Shown: piece by piece, positions 48,769 through 58,760 of the stretch
Numbering within the stretch: the first letter of the stretch is position 1
How the letters are laid out: each line of letters begins with the position of its first letter
Assembly (NCBI GenBank): GCA_965198025.1
Contig: OZ240237.1
Span: 1,400,577-1,464,576 of the forward strand
Direction of reading: 5' to 3'
Source: Terriglobia bacterium
Lineage (GTDB): Bacteria; Acidobacteriota; Terriglobia; 2-12-FULL-54-10
DNA: 64,000 nt
Notes under the pieces: model-generated
Database searches by the model: none
Told to the model about the DNA's origin: nothing
What the model saw: only the letters and a program-made list of their open reading frames with translations
Made by a program: the position numbers and the translations under genes

Positions 48769-49590
48769 ATGAAGCGAAATCCGCTCACCCTGGCCAGTCT
48801 GGTTATCCTCGGGATTCTTCTCCTTTGCGCAGTGGCTGCGCCGCAACTGGCGCCGCTCGATCCTTCGGCGCAGGAGCTGGCAAACCGCCTGCAGCCTCCC
48901 AGCCGCGCCCACTGGTTCGGAACCGATGAACTGGGCCGCGATGTTCTCTCGCGGGTGATTTTCGGAGCGCGCGTCTCCGTCTGGATCGGTCTCAGCGTGA
49001 TCTCGATTTCACTGCTGGTGGGTACCGGAATCGGTTCCCTGGCCGGGTTCTACGGCGGCTGGCTGGACCGGTTTCTGAACCGGATCGTTATCAACACTTT
49101 GATGGCCTTCCCAGGAGTTCTGCTGGCGCTTGCATTCGTGGCGTTTTTGGGGCCTGGAATTGGGAAGCTGATTCTGGCGCTTTCGTTAGGAGGCTGGATC
49201 GGATACGCGCGCCTGGTGCGCGGCGAGGTTCTGAAGACGCGGGAGCGGGACTATGTGCAGGCGGCGCAGGCTCTGGGCGTGCGGTCGGGTCGGCTAATGG
49301 TGGTTCACATTTGGCCGAGCGTGGTCCCGCCGGTGATGGTGCAAACCGCAATTGGGTTGGCGGCGGTGATCCTGTCCGAAGCCACGCTGAGCTTTCTGGG
49401 ATTGGGTGTACCACCGCCCATGCCGACCTGGGGTGCGATGCTCAGCGACGGGCGCGCGCATGTCTTCGACGCCCCGCACCTGGTGGTGTTTCCAGCCTTG
49501 AGCGTGATGTTGGTGATTCTCTCGTTCAACTTTCTGGGAGACGCCTTGCGGGACCGTCTAGACCCACGGTTGCGAAAAGAGTTCTTCTAA
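48769..49590 (+). CDS. Peptide/nickel ABC transporter permease (DppC-like)
   Basis: HWFGTDELGRD, EATLSFLGLG, NFLGDALRD..DPR. Confidence 0.92.
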   Translation: MKRNPLTLASLVILGILLLCAVAAPQLAPLDPSAQELANRLQPPSRAHWFGTDELGRDVLSRVIFGARVSVWIGLSVISISLLVGTGIGSLAGFYGGWLDRFLNRIVINTLMAFPGVLLALAFVAFLGPGIGKLILALSLGGWIGYARLVRGEVLKTRERDYVQAAQALGVRSGRLMVVHIWPSVVPPVMVQTAIGLAAVILSEATLSFLGLGVPPPMPTWGAMLSDGRAHVFDAPHLVVFPALSVMLVILSFNFLGDALRDRLDPRLRKEFF

Positions 49591-49610
49591 CCTCCGCACA
49601 GGAATCCCCC

Positions 49611-49668
49611 TTGACAGCCCTGCAGGTTTATATGATTCTTAAAGTTAAAAGTTAAATGGGCTTAATGT
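49611..49668 (+). promoter_or_regulatory. Sigma70-like promoter with TTAA-N6-TTAA candidate DtxR/MntR-family operator
   Basis: TTGACA at 49611; AAAG-TTAA-ATGGGC-TTAA (arms 49652-49665) in an AT-rich patch ahead of an operon ending in a DtxR-family gene. Confidence 0.55.
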
Positions 49669-49726
49669 CGCCTTGTAGCGCAGATGAAAGGCTTGACGCT
49701 CTGAGTCCGGAAGGAGGACGAGGGCT

Positions 49727-50779
49727 ATGCGGATATCGAGAAGGGATGTGATCATCGCCGTCGGCGCGGGATTGGCTATGACGGGCTTGTGGGTGCTCGT
49801 CAGCGATTTCTTGCTACCGCCTTGGCCGGAGAGCGACCACGCAGTGTTCGCGCAGACTGTAGAGCCCGATACTACCGCAAGCCCCTACGCCGGAGGAAGC
49901 CAGCGGTATCAGTTTCATCATCCCGGAATGCCTGGGAGCGATCCAGCGCCGGTCTACAATCCGACACCGCCACCGCCGGGGCCTGCGCCGAACGGCGTGC
50001 GTGAGTACACTTTGGTTCTCGAAGAGGACGTGCCGCACGAGGTGGCGCCGGGAGTCACTATCCCCGCCTGGACTTTCAACGGTACCGTTCCCGGACCGGT
50101 GCTGCGCGTGACGGAAGGCGAGACGATCCGGATCACGCTCGTCAACAAGGGCAAGCTGCCCCACACGATCCATTTCCACGGGATCCACCAGGCGTCAATG
50201 GACGGCGTCTTCGAGCTGGTGCCGCCGGGAGGAACCTATACGTATGAGTTCGTTGCCGAGCCGTTCGGGATCATGCCATATCACTGCCACGCCATGCCAA
50301 CCACACAGCACATGCATAACGGACTCTACGGGATGATGATTGTTGATCCCAAGGAAGGGCGCCCGAAGATGCGGGAACTGGCGATGGTGATGAGCGCGTT
50401 TGATCTCGACCGCGACGGGGAGGCGGACTTCTACTCTTGGAACGGTAAAGCCTTCCAGTACGCCAACAGCCCGATTCCGCTGGAGCTCGGTGAGAAGGTC
50501 CGGATGTATGTCGTGAACATGTTTGAGGAAGCCATGGTGCCGCACATCCACGGAAACCTCTACCAGTTCTTTCCGACGGGGACCACACTCACGCCGACCG
50601 AATACACCGACGTCAAGACGCTCAATATTGCCGAGCGAGGGATTCTGGAGTTCGAATACAAGTATCCTGGCACATATATGTTCCAATGCCACGTAACGGA
50701 ACACATGGAGGAAGGCTTAATGGGCTGGTTTCACGTCGGGACAGGCTCTATACAGTCGGCGAACCGGCCTGCCCGGTAA
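49727..50779 (+). CDS. Two-domain multicopper oxidase with Tat-type signal
   Basis: ISRRDVI, WTFNGTVPGP, HTIHFHG, YHCH..QHMHNGL, PHIHG, FQCHVTEHMEEGL. Confidence 0.9.
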   Translation: MRISRRDVIIAVGAGLAMTGLWVLVSDFLLPPWPESDHAVFAQTVEPDTTASPYAGGSQRYQFHHPGMPGSDPAPVYNPTPPPPGPAPNGVREYTLVLEEDVPHEVAPGVTIPAWTFNGTVPGPVLRVTEGETIRITLVNKGKLPHTIHFHGIHQASMDGVFELVPPGGTYTYEFVAEPFGIMPYHCHAMPTTQHMHNGLYGMMIVDPKEGRPKMRELAMVMSAFDLDRDGEADFYSWNGKAFQYANSPIPLELGEKVRMYVVNMFEEAMVPHIHGNLYQFFPTGTTLTPTEYTDVKTLNIAERGILEFEYKYPGTYMFQCHVTEHMEEGLMGWFHVGTGSIQSANRPAR

Positions 50780-50785
50780 GCAGGT

Positions 50786-51997
50786 ATGGGGGACAAAGAG
50801 AATCTATCCACGCGGAAACCATCCCGCCAGTTGGTTCTGGCGAGCGCCCTCTGCCCGCTGATTCTGCTGGGGGGAATCCTATTCCTGTTTTTCCAGCGCG
50901 GCACAGGCCTGAATTTGGCCGCTCCCGCCCCGATCGAAAACCTTGAGTTCGAGCGGATCGTCCTACGGTCAGGCGAAATCCAGGCCCACGTGGTCAACAC
51001 GGGGCCGGAACCCGCCACTATCGCCCAGGTGCAGGTCGGTTTTCTGACCCGTGCGAGCTGGGAATTCACCGTATCGCCTAACCCTACAATCCCACGCCTG
51101 GGGCGGGCCGTCGTGCACATCCCGTACCCCTGGACGCCAGGCGAGCCTTATGAGCTGGTTCTGATCACCGCAAACAGCCTGATCTTCATGCACGAAATTG
51201 AAGTCGCCGCCGAGACGCCGCAGTTGGACTGGTCTGTGATGGGACGGTTCGCATTGCTGGGACTGTACGTGGGGGTGATTCCGGTATTCCTTGGCATCGG
51301 GTGGCTGCCGTTCCTGCGAACCCTGTCGCCGCGCTGGTACTTGTTTCTACTCAGTCTGACTGCGGGGCTGCTGGTGTTTCTCGGCGTGGACGCCCTGGAA
51401 GAAGCGCTCGAAAATGCCGCGGAAGTTCCGGGGCCGTATCAGGGAGTGAGGATTATCCTGATTGGGCTGACCTTGAGCCTCGGCGGGCTGTACGCCGTCG
51501 CCGGATGGCTGAAGAGGCGGGGGCAGGGGATGGGGATCGGCAGCGGGTTGATCCTGGCCTACGCGATCGCGTTCAGCATTGGGGTGCATAACCTCGGCGA
51601 AGGATTGGCAATCGGCGGGGCGTATGCGCTGGGAGCCGTGCCGACGGGAACGCTGCTGGTGCTGGGGTTCACCATACATAACCTGACGGAAGGCGTGGCG
51701 GTGGTGGCCCCGGTCAGCCAATCGCGGTTTTCGCGTTGGCATCTGCTATGGTTGGGCCTGCTTGCCGGTGCGCCGACCATCGTCGGGACGTTGCTCGGTG
51801 CGAACTCATTTACGGCGTTATTGGCTGTGTTGTTCCTCTCCGTCGGAGCCGGTGCGGTGTTTCAGGTTGTGGTCGAGATTTTCCGCCAGCTCATGCGGCA
51901 GGGGGGAATGGGTTCCCTGGCAAGCGGCTGGAACCTGGCGGGGTTCGCCGCCGGGTTAGCAATCATGTATATGACCGGACTATTCGTGATTGTCTGA
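50786..51997 (+). CDS. ZIP family metal transporter with N-terminal extracytoplasmic domain
   Basis: IGVHNLGEGLAIG and FTIHNLTEG motifs. Confidence 0.9.
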   Translation: MGDKENLSTRKPSRQLVLASALCPLILLGGILFLFFQRGTGLNLAAPAPIENLEFERIVLRSGEIQAHVVNTGPEPATIAQVQVGFLTRASWEFTVSPNPTIPRLGRAVVHIPYPWTPGEPYELVLITANSLIFMHEIEVAAETPQLDWSVMGRFALLGLYVGVIPVFLGIGWLPFLRTLSPRWYLFLLSLTAGLLVFLGVDALEEALENAAEVPGPYQGVRIILIGLTLSLGGLYAVAGWLKRRGQGMGIGSGLILAYAIAFSIGVHNLGEGLAIGGAYALGAVPTGTLLVLGFTIHNLTEGVAVVAPVSQSRFSRWHLLWLGLLAGAPTIVGTLLGANSFTALLAVLFLSVGAGAVFQVVVEIFRQLMRQGGMGSLASGWNLAGFAAGLAIMYMTGLFVIV

Positions 51998-52117
51998 CCC
52001 GGTTGCTCTTCATCTTGCAATCCCCTTCGAATTTCCAGACAGGCGCGGTAATTTTCAGAGTAAACTGTGTCGCCGAAAAAGATTGCTAAGAAACCGAAAG
52101 GACTGATCCAAAACCAG

Positions 52118-52777
52118 ATGCCGACGATTGCTTCGGAAAACCTGCTGAAGGCGATTCTGGAATTGGCCGAGAACGGGGAAACCGTGATCGCAGCGCGCCT
52201 GGCTGAGTCGCTGGGCATCTCGTCCGCCGCGGTCAGCATGGCGCTCAAGAGGCTGCAGAAGAAAGGACTGGTACGGATCGGCGGGCGGCATTCGCTTGCC
52301 TTGACACGGGCGGGTCACCGCACAGCGTGCGAGCTGGTACGGCGGCACCGGCTTGTCGAGCGGCTGCTGACCGATATTCTGCACATGCCGTGGAACAGGG
52401 TTCACGACGAAGCCGAGAAGCTGGAGCACGCCATCTCTCCGGAACTTGAAACGCGGCTGCTTGAGTTGTTCGGCAAGAAAGGAACCTGCCCGCATGGCAA
52501 CCCGTTCACTCCGGTGCAGCCCTTCCGGGCCAGTCCGGGAACTTTCCGCCTGACCGATGCGCCGGAGAACAAGCGGCTGCGCGTGGTGCGGATTGCAGAA
52601 CTGCATGAGAAGGAAAAGGATTTCCTGAACTCGCTTGCAGCAGTCGGGCTCGGGCCGGGCAGGGAAGTGCGGTTGGTGCGCAAGACCTTCGACGGCATCC
52701 TGGACCTGCGTGTGAGCGGGCGGAAGATCGTGTTCTCCAGCCAGTCGGGAGCGCGGATTTGGGTGGCGAAGGCGTGA
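52118..52777 (+). CDS. DtxR/MntR family metal-dependent repressor with FeoA-like domain
   Basis: HTH, RRHRLVERLL, HDEAEKLEH, CPHGNP. Confidence 0.92.
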   Translation: MPTIASENLLKAILELAENGETVIAARLAESLGISSAAVSMALKRLQKKGLVRIGGRHSLALTRAGHRTACELVRRHRLVERLLTDILHMPWNRVHDEAEKLEHAISPELETRLLELFGKKGTCPHGNPFTPVQPFRASPGTFRLTDAPENKRLRVVRIAELHEKEKDFLNSLAAVGLGPGREVRLVRKTFDGILDLRVSGRKIVFSSQSGARIWVAKA

Positions 52778-52898
52778 GCGGACGAGCAGCGAGAGAAGAT
52801 CGCACCGTCCAGTTCACTAAGGAAGGAAAGGAAGGAGTTGTGCCGGGACCTTCCCTTATGCCACGATTGGCGGATGGAAGCACTGGAGAGGATAGACT

Positions 52899-53540
52899 AT
52901 GAATCTGATTCGACTCATTTCAGCGGTCCTGATTCTGTTGACGGCGGGGCCTTCCTTTGCCCAAGAATGGATCGAATATATCGATCGTGAGGAACATTTT
53001 CAGATCAACTTCCCGGGCCAGCCCACGGTGGAGGACTCCTCGTACGAGTCCGAGCACGGCGAGGCTATCCCGGCCCGCGTTTATACAGCTAAAGAAGGCC
53101 CGGCTACCTACATACTGACCGTCGTCAATTACACGGATGCCGAGGCAAACGATTGGCGTGGATCGCAAATCTGGGCGGCGTGGCAAATGCGCAAGAGAGG
53201 GGGCGAGGTTACCCTGGAGACGTACGCGCAGACCGACCGGATCTCAGGAATCCAGCTCCAGATCACCAACCCGGATCAGACGCGCAGCTACATCGGAATC
53301 CATCCCCACATGAGGCGTCTCTACATTATGGAAGCCAGCGCGCCGCAGGATTATCCGCCGCCGTCGGACTTTCCGCAGACCATTTCGATTCTCGACGATC
53401 AGGGGCGAGCGATCCGGTATGATCTGGACGACGAAGGAAACCGGGTTGGCCGCGTCTTCGCAGATGAGCAGTATGAAGAGGAATTCCGGGGCCTCGAAGG
53501 TCTGAATGAGGTACGGCCATACGAATCGCCCGCTCAGTGA
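52899..53540 (+). CDS. Secreted hypothetical protein
   Basis: RBS GAGAGG, signal peptide (..AGPSFA-QEW), coding-like composition. Confidence 0.75.
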   Translation: MNLIRLISAVLILLTAGPSFAQEWIEYIDREEHFQINFPGQPTVEDSSYESEHGEAIPARVYTAKEGPATYILTVVNYTDAEANDWRGSQIWAAWQMRKRGGEVTLETYAQTDRISGIQLQITNPDQTRSYIGIHPHMRRLYIMEASAPQDYPPPSDFPQTISILDDQGRAIRYDLDDEGNRVGRVFADEQYEEEFRGLEGLNEVRPYESPAQ

Positions 53541-53655
53541 TAGGAACGCTTCTCCCACCTCGATTCGGGGCAGTTGACGTTCGCTCTGAATTCAAACCGC
53601 CATTTCCTTCCCGCCGCAGCTTTGACCGGCGGGGCACGGGCAGTGTCCGTATGCC

Positions 53656-55071
53656 CTAACCGATCCCGAGCAGAGGCCAGTAGAACCGGGCCATCAAGAG
53701 TAAAAGCATCCAATCGACAATCAGAAAGAATGCTGCGATGCGCAGGACGTCTTTCCCGTTGTAACAATTGAAGGTGTAGCCGGCAATCAGGACGAGCGAC
53801 TGGTAAATGAAGAGCTTCCCGGCGGCGGAGAAGCTCCAGATGAGGCCGATTGCGAGCGGATCGAGGCCGTTCGAGACGGCGTAGTTCATTACCACGGGCA
53901 TGGTGACGGCGATGTTGGCGGTTTGCGAAGCGAGAATCGTGTGGGAGCCGAATGCGACCCAGTAAAGCACTAAGGCGGAATCGAAGGTGCTCCCGACGAG
54001 CGGCGAGATCCAGCCGAACACGGAGGCGGCTAGAATGTCGAGTGCCTGGGTCGCGCGCAAGGCGCCGCCCATGCTGATGGTCGTTCCCATAAAGAGAAAG
54101 ATCAGGAAATTCACCTTGCGCAGGTCGTCCACCTTAAGGACACCGATGCCTGGAATCGTCGCGGCCAGGCCGATTCCCAGACCGACGAGCGCCGGACTGA
54201 CGTGATGCAGGAAGTCGGTGGCCCAGACGGCGACCGCGACGGCGGTCCAGGCCATGGCGCGCTTTTCGCGTGCCGTCCAGGGCCCAAGGCTGCGGAGTTG
54301 CTCCTGGATGAACTCCTGTCCGCCGGGCAGCTCGGACTTCTCGGGGGGATAGAGACGCGACACGAGCCACCAAATGGAGAAGATATAGACGAGGTCGGCG
54401 GGCAGATAGGCGATGAACCACTGGCTCCAATAAACCGGCACCTCGCCGTGCTCGACGATCAACGAGCGGGCCAGAATAGCGGGCGTGCTGCCGAGGATCA
54501 CACGGTCGAACTGTGTCGCGGCAAAGACCATCGCAAGCATCAGCCCGCGGGCGACATTGCTTTTCGAATCGAGGCCGAAACTCGAGACGACCCCCAGGAC
54601 AATGGCGCCGAGCAGGATCACGCGTGGCGGTCCAGCCGGGACCAGGAAGGTCATTACGAAGTCGGTCAGAACAAAGGCCAGAAGAATGCGGGAGTACGAA
54701 GTGCCGACGCGGGCGAGCATGGTGAAAGCTAGGCGGCGTGCCAGGCCGCTTTCGGTTACCATCGCCGCGATAAACAGAGCTCCCAGCAGGAACCAGGGTG
54801 CCTCGCTCGTAAAGCCACTGAAAACAGTGCGTTCCGGGACTACCTCTAAGGCCCAAAACAGCCAGCATCCGAGCAGCCCGGTGACGACGTGCGGGATCGG
54901 CTCAACGATCCAAAAGATGACCATCAAGGCAGCGATGGCCAGGGCATGCTGGGCGCCGGGCTCGAGCGGCAGAGGAGCAAACCAAAGCGCAGGGAGGGCG
55001 AGCACGCCGAGGGCGGTTCCGAACAGCTTGCCTTTGCCAAAAGGGATCGATTCCAGAATGGCAGCCTCCAT
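53656..55071 (-). CDS. SLC13/DASS family anion (di/tricarboxylate) transporter
   Basis: Many TM helices; FWIVEPIPH, ESGLARRLA, LGPWTAREKR, WATD.LH. Confidence 0.85.
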   Translation of the reverse strand: MEAAILESIPFGKGKLFGTALGVLALPALWFAPLPLEPGAQHALAIAALMVIFWIVEPIPHVVTGLLGCWLFWALEVVPERTVFSGFTSEAPWFLLGALFIAAMVTESGLARRLAFTMLARVGTSYSRILLAFVLTDFVMTFLVPAGPPRVILLGAIVLGVVSSFGLDSKSNVARGLMLAMVFAATQFDRVILGSTPAILARSLIVEHGEVPVYWSQWFIAYLPADLVYIFSIWWLVSRLYPPEKSELPGGQEFIQEQLRSLGPWTAREKRAMAWTAVAVAVWATDFLHHVSPALVGLGIGLAATIPGIGVLKVDDLRKVNFLIFLFMGTTISMGGALRATQALDILAASVFGWISPLVGSTFDSALVLYWVAFGSHTILASQTANIAVTMPVVMNYAVSNGLDPLAIGLIWSFSAAGKLFIYQSLVLIAGYTFNCYNGKDVLRIAAFFLIVDWMLLLLMARFYWPLLGIG

Positions 55072-55145
55072 GGTCACCAGCAACTGAGGGCGGAAATCCA
55101 GAATGAGCCCGCGGCACAAAGCCGTGCCGTGGCTACCGGCACTGC

Positions 55146-55298
55146 CTAGTCCTCAATATGAGGGCTTTCCTCGTCGAAGAAGCGTTTCCCGCAAAAGGGG
55201 CAAAGCAGCTGGAATTTCTTGTTGTGACGCAATTCCTGGGAGTGCGCACAAAACCTTCCGGTGCATTCCGGACAGACCACCCAAAAGAGTTTAGCCAT
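55146..55298 (-). CDS. Small zinc-ribbon protein (50 aa), candidate UbiD partner
   Basis: Below ORF-track cutoff: MAKLFWVVCPECTGRFCAHSQELRHNKKFQLLCPFCGKRFFDEESPHIED*; two CPxC knuckles; lies between UbiD and transporter genes on the same strand. Confidence 0.75.
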   Translation of the reverse strand: MAKLFWVVCPECTGRFCAHSQELRHNKKFQLLCPFCGKRFFDEESPHIED

Positions 55299-55387
55299 AT
55301 GCGTCTCACGTCAAGGAAAAACAGATTCTTCGCCGCTCAACTCCTCTCCTTGGCTTTGCTCGGGGCAGGCGGGATGACCGTAAAGGG

Positions 55388-56878
55388 CTACACGCTGCGC
55401 CGGGCGTCAGGAAACGTCGGCAGAGCGTCGAGAGTTTTCGAATCGACGTACTGCTCCAACGGAAACTCTTCGAGCGCTTTGGCAGGAACACGGACGCGGG
55501 CGGCGAAGGCTTTCCCGATGGGCATGGTAGCGTCAATGAGCAGCTTGTCCGTCATGATGTCGTCGTCCTGGGACGGGTCGAGCGTGTTGCCTTTGACGTT
55601 CTTGATGATGTCCACGGCCTCGCGCGCCTGGGTGCGGGTAGCGACAGCGAACATGACTTCCTGCTCGTTAAACGGGTCAATATCGGAATCGACGACAATA
55701 ATATTCTTGATGAAATCCACCGCCCCGAAGGCGGCGAGGGCAGCCTGCTTGGTCTCGCCGGGGACTTTCTTGTCAATCGAGATGTAGCAATTGAAGCGGC
55801 AGCTCCCCGAGTAGCCGAAATGGACGCCGCGGACGGTCGGGACGACACCTCTAATAGTGTTAAACACGGAACCTTCCTTGGGGATGCCGCCCAGGGTCCA
55901 ATTGTCACGGTGTCCGACGAAGGTGTGTTGCAGAACCGCCTCGCGGCGGTGCGAGATGGCGCGCACGTGAATCAACGGCCGGATGCGCTGTGGGCCGTAA
56001 TAGCCCGTGAACTCGCCAAAGGGCGCCTCCACTTCACGCTCGCCGGCGGGAATCTCACCTTCGATCACCATCTCGGCGTCGGCGGGGACGAGGAATTCGT
56101 CACCCCAAGTTTCGGACGCAGTCACGCGAAGGGGCTGGCCGGAGATGCCGCCGATAGCGGAATAGTCATCTCTGCCGAATGCCTCTACGTTCAGCGCGCC
56201 GAGGTAGAACGCCGGATGGTGGCTGACGACGATCGCGACCGGCGTAGGCTGGCCGCGCGTTTCGCAGAGGCGAAAAATCTGCCAGTTGTGGCGCGGTGAC
56301 ATGTGGATGCCGAGCTTGCGCGGCCCTTTGAACATGGTGCGCAGGAACGCGACGTTATAGAAGCCTTCGTCGGGATGGCGCATGACCGGCGTCATGTCAA
56401 TGTAGGGAGCCGGGTCCATCTCATGATGGCGCACGATGGGAAAGTTTCGCAGATCGCATTCCTCTTCCCGGGAGACGACCTGCTTGACGGGCGACTGGGA
56501 GCGCTCCACGAGCACGGGTGGGATCAGGTGCTGCAGCCGAGCCGCGTACTCCATGCTGAGAGGCATGCCGGCTTGTTCAGGCAGAACACCCATCGCGACG
56601 GCGCAGCGCTCGCGGGTCGCATAAATGTTGCTCAGAAGAGGATAGGGCGAAGGCTTCCCTTGGAGCGTATGGGGCCGTTCGAAGCAGACAAGCGGAAACT
56701 TCCCGCGATTCTCGAGGTGCTTCAGGACCGCCGTGACCTCGAAGCGTGCCGGGTCCACGGGACGGCTGACGCGAATCATCTGTTCCGGGTGCTTCTTTTC
56801 AAGCATCTCCAGGAAACGGCGCAGAGAAAGCTCACTGGCGGCGGTCGCCGTTCGCGGACTCGCGGCTGCAATGCTCAT
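55388..56878 (-). CDS. UbiD family prenylated-FMN decarboxylase
   Basis: DPAPYI, NVAFLR, VPADAEMVIEG, EAPFGEFTGYY, VVDSDID, FAVATR. Confidence 0.92.
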   Translation of the reverse strand: MSIAAASPRTATAASELSLRRFLEMLEKKHPEQMIRVSRPVDPARFEVTAVLKHLENRGKFPLVCFERPHTLQGKPSPYPLLSNIYATRERCAVAMGVLPEQAGMPLSMEYAARLQHLIPPVLVERSQSPVKQVVSREEECDLRNFPIVRHHEMDPAPYIDMTPVMRHPDEGFYNVAFLRTMFKGPRKLGIHMSPRHNWQIFRLCETRGQPTPVAIVVSHHPAFYLGALNVEAFGRDDYSAIGGISGQPLRVTASETWGDEFLVPADAEMVIEGEIPAGEREVEAPFGEFTGYYGPQRIRPLIHVRAISHRREAVLQHTFVGHRDNWTLGGIPKEGSVFNTIRGVVPTVRGVHFGYSGSCRFNCYISIDKKVPGETKQAALAAFGAVDFIKNIIVVDSDIDPFNEQEVMFAVATRTQAREAVDIIKNVKGNTLDPSQDDDIMTDKLLIDATMPIGKAFAARVRVPAKALEEFPLEQYVDSKTLDALPTFPDARRSV

Positions 56879-57106
56879 GTTGAATTCTCTACCCTCTAGG
56901 CTATATTTCCTCTATACCTTGGAAGAGACAAACCAAAGGTGTTGCTTTCTTCGGAACGATATCGCATCTTCTGACGGAATTCAACCGGAGGACCTTCGTG
57001 GGGCAGAATTCCTCCGCGCTGTTCGTTCCTGTGTTTGAGTTAATGTAGGGATTGGAATTCTCATTAGCAGTTTCCGCGCTAAAGGGACAAAACATGATGA
57101 GACCTC

Positions 57107-57136
57107 TTGACATCGTTTCCAAGCTCAGATGACAAT
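57107..57136 (+). promoter_or_regulatory. Sigma70-like promoter of the Rieske/cytochrome b operon
   Basis: TTGACA-N18-GACAAT. Confidence 0.45.
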
Positions 57137-57225
57137 GCAAGGTTTGGCGGAGCGCAACAGGCGAAGTACAATGGAATAGAAATCAGATTGAGCGAACCTC
57201 GGAATTCCGTGAGGGTGAAACGAGA

Positions 57226-57780
57226 ATGAGCGAAAAGACTGGCTTCTTACAAACCCTTCTGGGCATCTTCAAAGGCAAGCCGGCAAAAGGGCCAAAGCCG
57301 GGGGATACCGCCGGGGCGGTGCAGCTCGTGCGGCGCAGGATGGTGACGGCATCGGTGCTGGGCTGTCTCGGAATCAATTTCCTGATGTTCCTGCGGTTTT
57401 TCTTCCCGCGAACGCTGTTTGAGCCGAAGACGGTGTTTACGGCGGGGTTTCCGTCCGACTACGGGTTCGGTGTGGACGAGAGATGGATGCAGGCCTACCG
57501 CGTCTGGATCGTGCGCAACGCTGAGGGACTCGTGGCCGTTTTTGGACGGTGCACGCACCTGGGCTGCACGCCGGGCTGGCACGCCGCCGAGAACAAGTTC
57601 AAGTGTCCGTGCCATGGCAGCGGATATGACAGCGAAGGGGTGAACTTCGAGGGTCCGGCTCCTCGCCCGCTGGATCGCGCCCAGATCGAGTTGTTGCCCA
57701 CGGGTGAAATTCAGGTGGACACCAGCATACTGTTTCAATTCGGCAATTGGGAAAACCCGGACTCGATCATTCGAGTGTAA
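57226..57780 (+). CDS. Rieske iron-sulfur subunit of a bc-type complex
   Basis: RRR plus TM helix; CTHLGC and CPCHGS. Confidence 0.95.
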   Translation: MSEKTGFLQTLLGIFKGKPAKGPKPGDTAGAVQLVRRRMVTASVLGCLGINFLMFLRFFFPRTLFEPKTVFTAGFPSDYGFGVDERWMQAYRVWIVRNAEGLVAVFGRCTHLGCTPGWHAAENKFKCPCHGSGYDSEGVNFEGPAPRPLDRAQIELLPTGEIQVDTSILFQFGNWENPDSIIRV

Positions 57781-57834
57781 CTCGAAAGTAACTGAGCGGA
57801 CTTGAGTTAGCAGGAACAAGGAGGACGCCTTTCG

Positions 57835-58737
57835 ATGGCAGACGAGAATCCGAACCAACCGGAGAGCAAGAGTCCCGTTGGCGTGATGGATCGTGTCAAG
57901 GAAGACTTTCAGAAGAAGCTGGAATCGGACCTGGCGGGCTTGAAGACGCCGCAGAAGACGCGGCTCTACAAGTCGATCTTTCGCGTCAAGCATGATGAAA
58001 CGCCGCGCAGCCGTTCGCTCGGCGTGCTCTCAAACGTCTTCCTGCATCTGCATCCCGCACGGGTCAACCGCGACGCGGTACGCTACGGCTACACCTGGGG
58101 CATGGGCGGCATTACGTTTTACCTGTTTATCGTTCTGACCTTCACCGGCGTCCTGCTGATGTTCTATTACCATCCATCAAAAATTGTGGCGTTTCAGGAC
58201 ATCCTCTACCTCGAACACGATGTGCCGTTCGGGAAACTGCTGCGGAACATGCACCGGTGGGGAGCACACCTGATGATTATCACGGTGTGGCTCCATATGT
58301 TCCGGGTTTTCATGACGGGCTCCTATAAGAGGCCGAGGGAATTCAACTGGGTGGTGGGAGTCATTCTTTTGGTGCTGACGATGCTGCTGTCCTTCACGGG
58401 CTATCTGCTGCCGGACGATCAACTGGGGTTCTGGGCGGTCACGGTAGGCACCAACATGGCGCGCGCATCTCCGGGACTGGGGCACGAGGGGCCGTTCGGC
58501 CCGGAACTGGGGATGACGCCGTACAACGACGTGCGGTTTGCGCTGCTCGGCGGCTCGATCGTGGATTCGAACGCCTTGTTGCGCGCCTATATTTGGCATT
58601 GCATCGCGATCCCGATTATTGCTTCCACCTTTATGATCGTGCACTTCTGGCGCGTGCGAAAGGACGGAGGCATTTCTGGACCGTCTCCAGTGGGTCTCGA
58701 AAAGGAGATCAAATGGAGCCGGCTCGACGAGCGCTAA
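57835..58737 (+). CDS. Cytochrome b, N-terminal part (b6-like)
   Basis: GGITF, RNMHRWGAHLM..HMFR, PREFNW, FTGYLLP, WHC..HF. Confidence 0.93.
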   Translation: MADENPNQPESKSPVGVMDRVKEDFQKKLESDLAGLKTPQKTRLYKSIFRVKHDETPRSRSLGVLSNVFLHLHPARVNRDAVRYGYTWGMGGITFYLFIVLTFTGVLLMFYYHPSKIVAFQDILYLEHDVPFGKLLRNMHRWGAHLMIITVWLHMFRVFMTGSYKRPREFNWVVGVILLVLTMLLSFTGYLLPDDQLGFWAVTVGTNMARASPGLGHEGPFGPELGMTPYNDVRFALLGGSIVDSNALLRAYIWHCIAIPIIASTFMIVHFWRVRKDGGISGPSPVGLEKEIKWSRLDER

Positions 58738-58760
58738 CGAGCTAAGGAAAGGACTGAGGC

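Noticed and set aside
49727-50779. Copper nitrite reductase NirK
   Set aside because: Has HxH motifs in both domains and lacks the NirK HNIDxH and SSFHVIG signatures.
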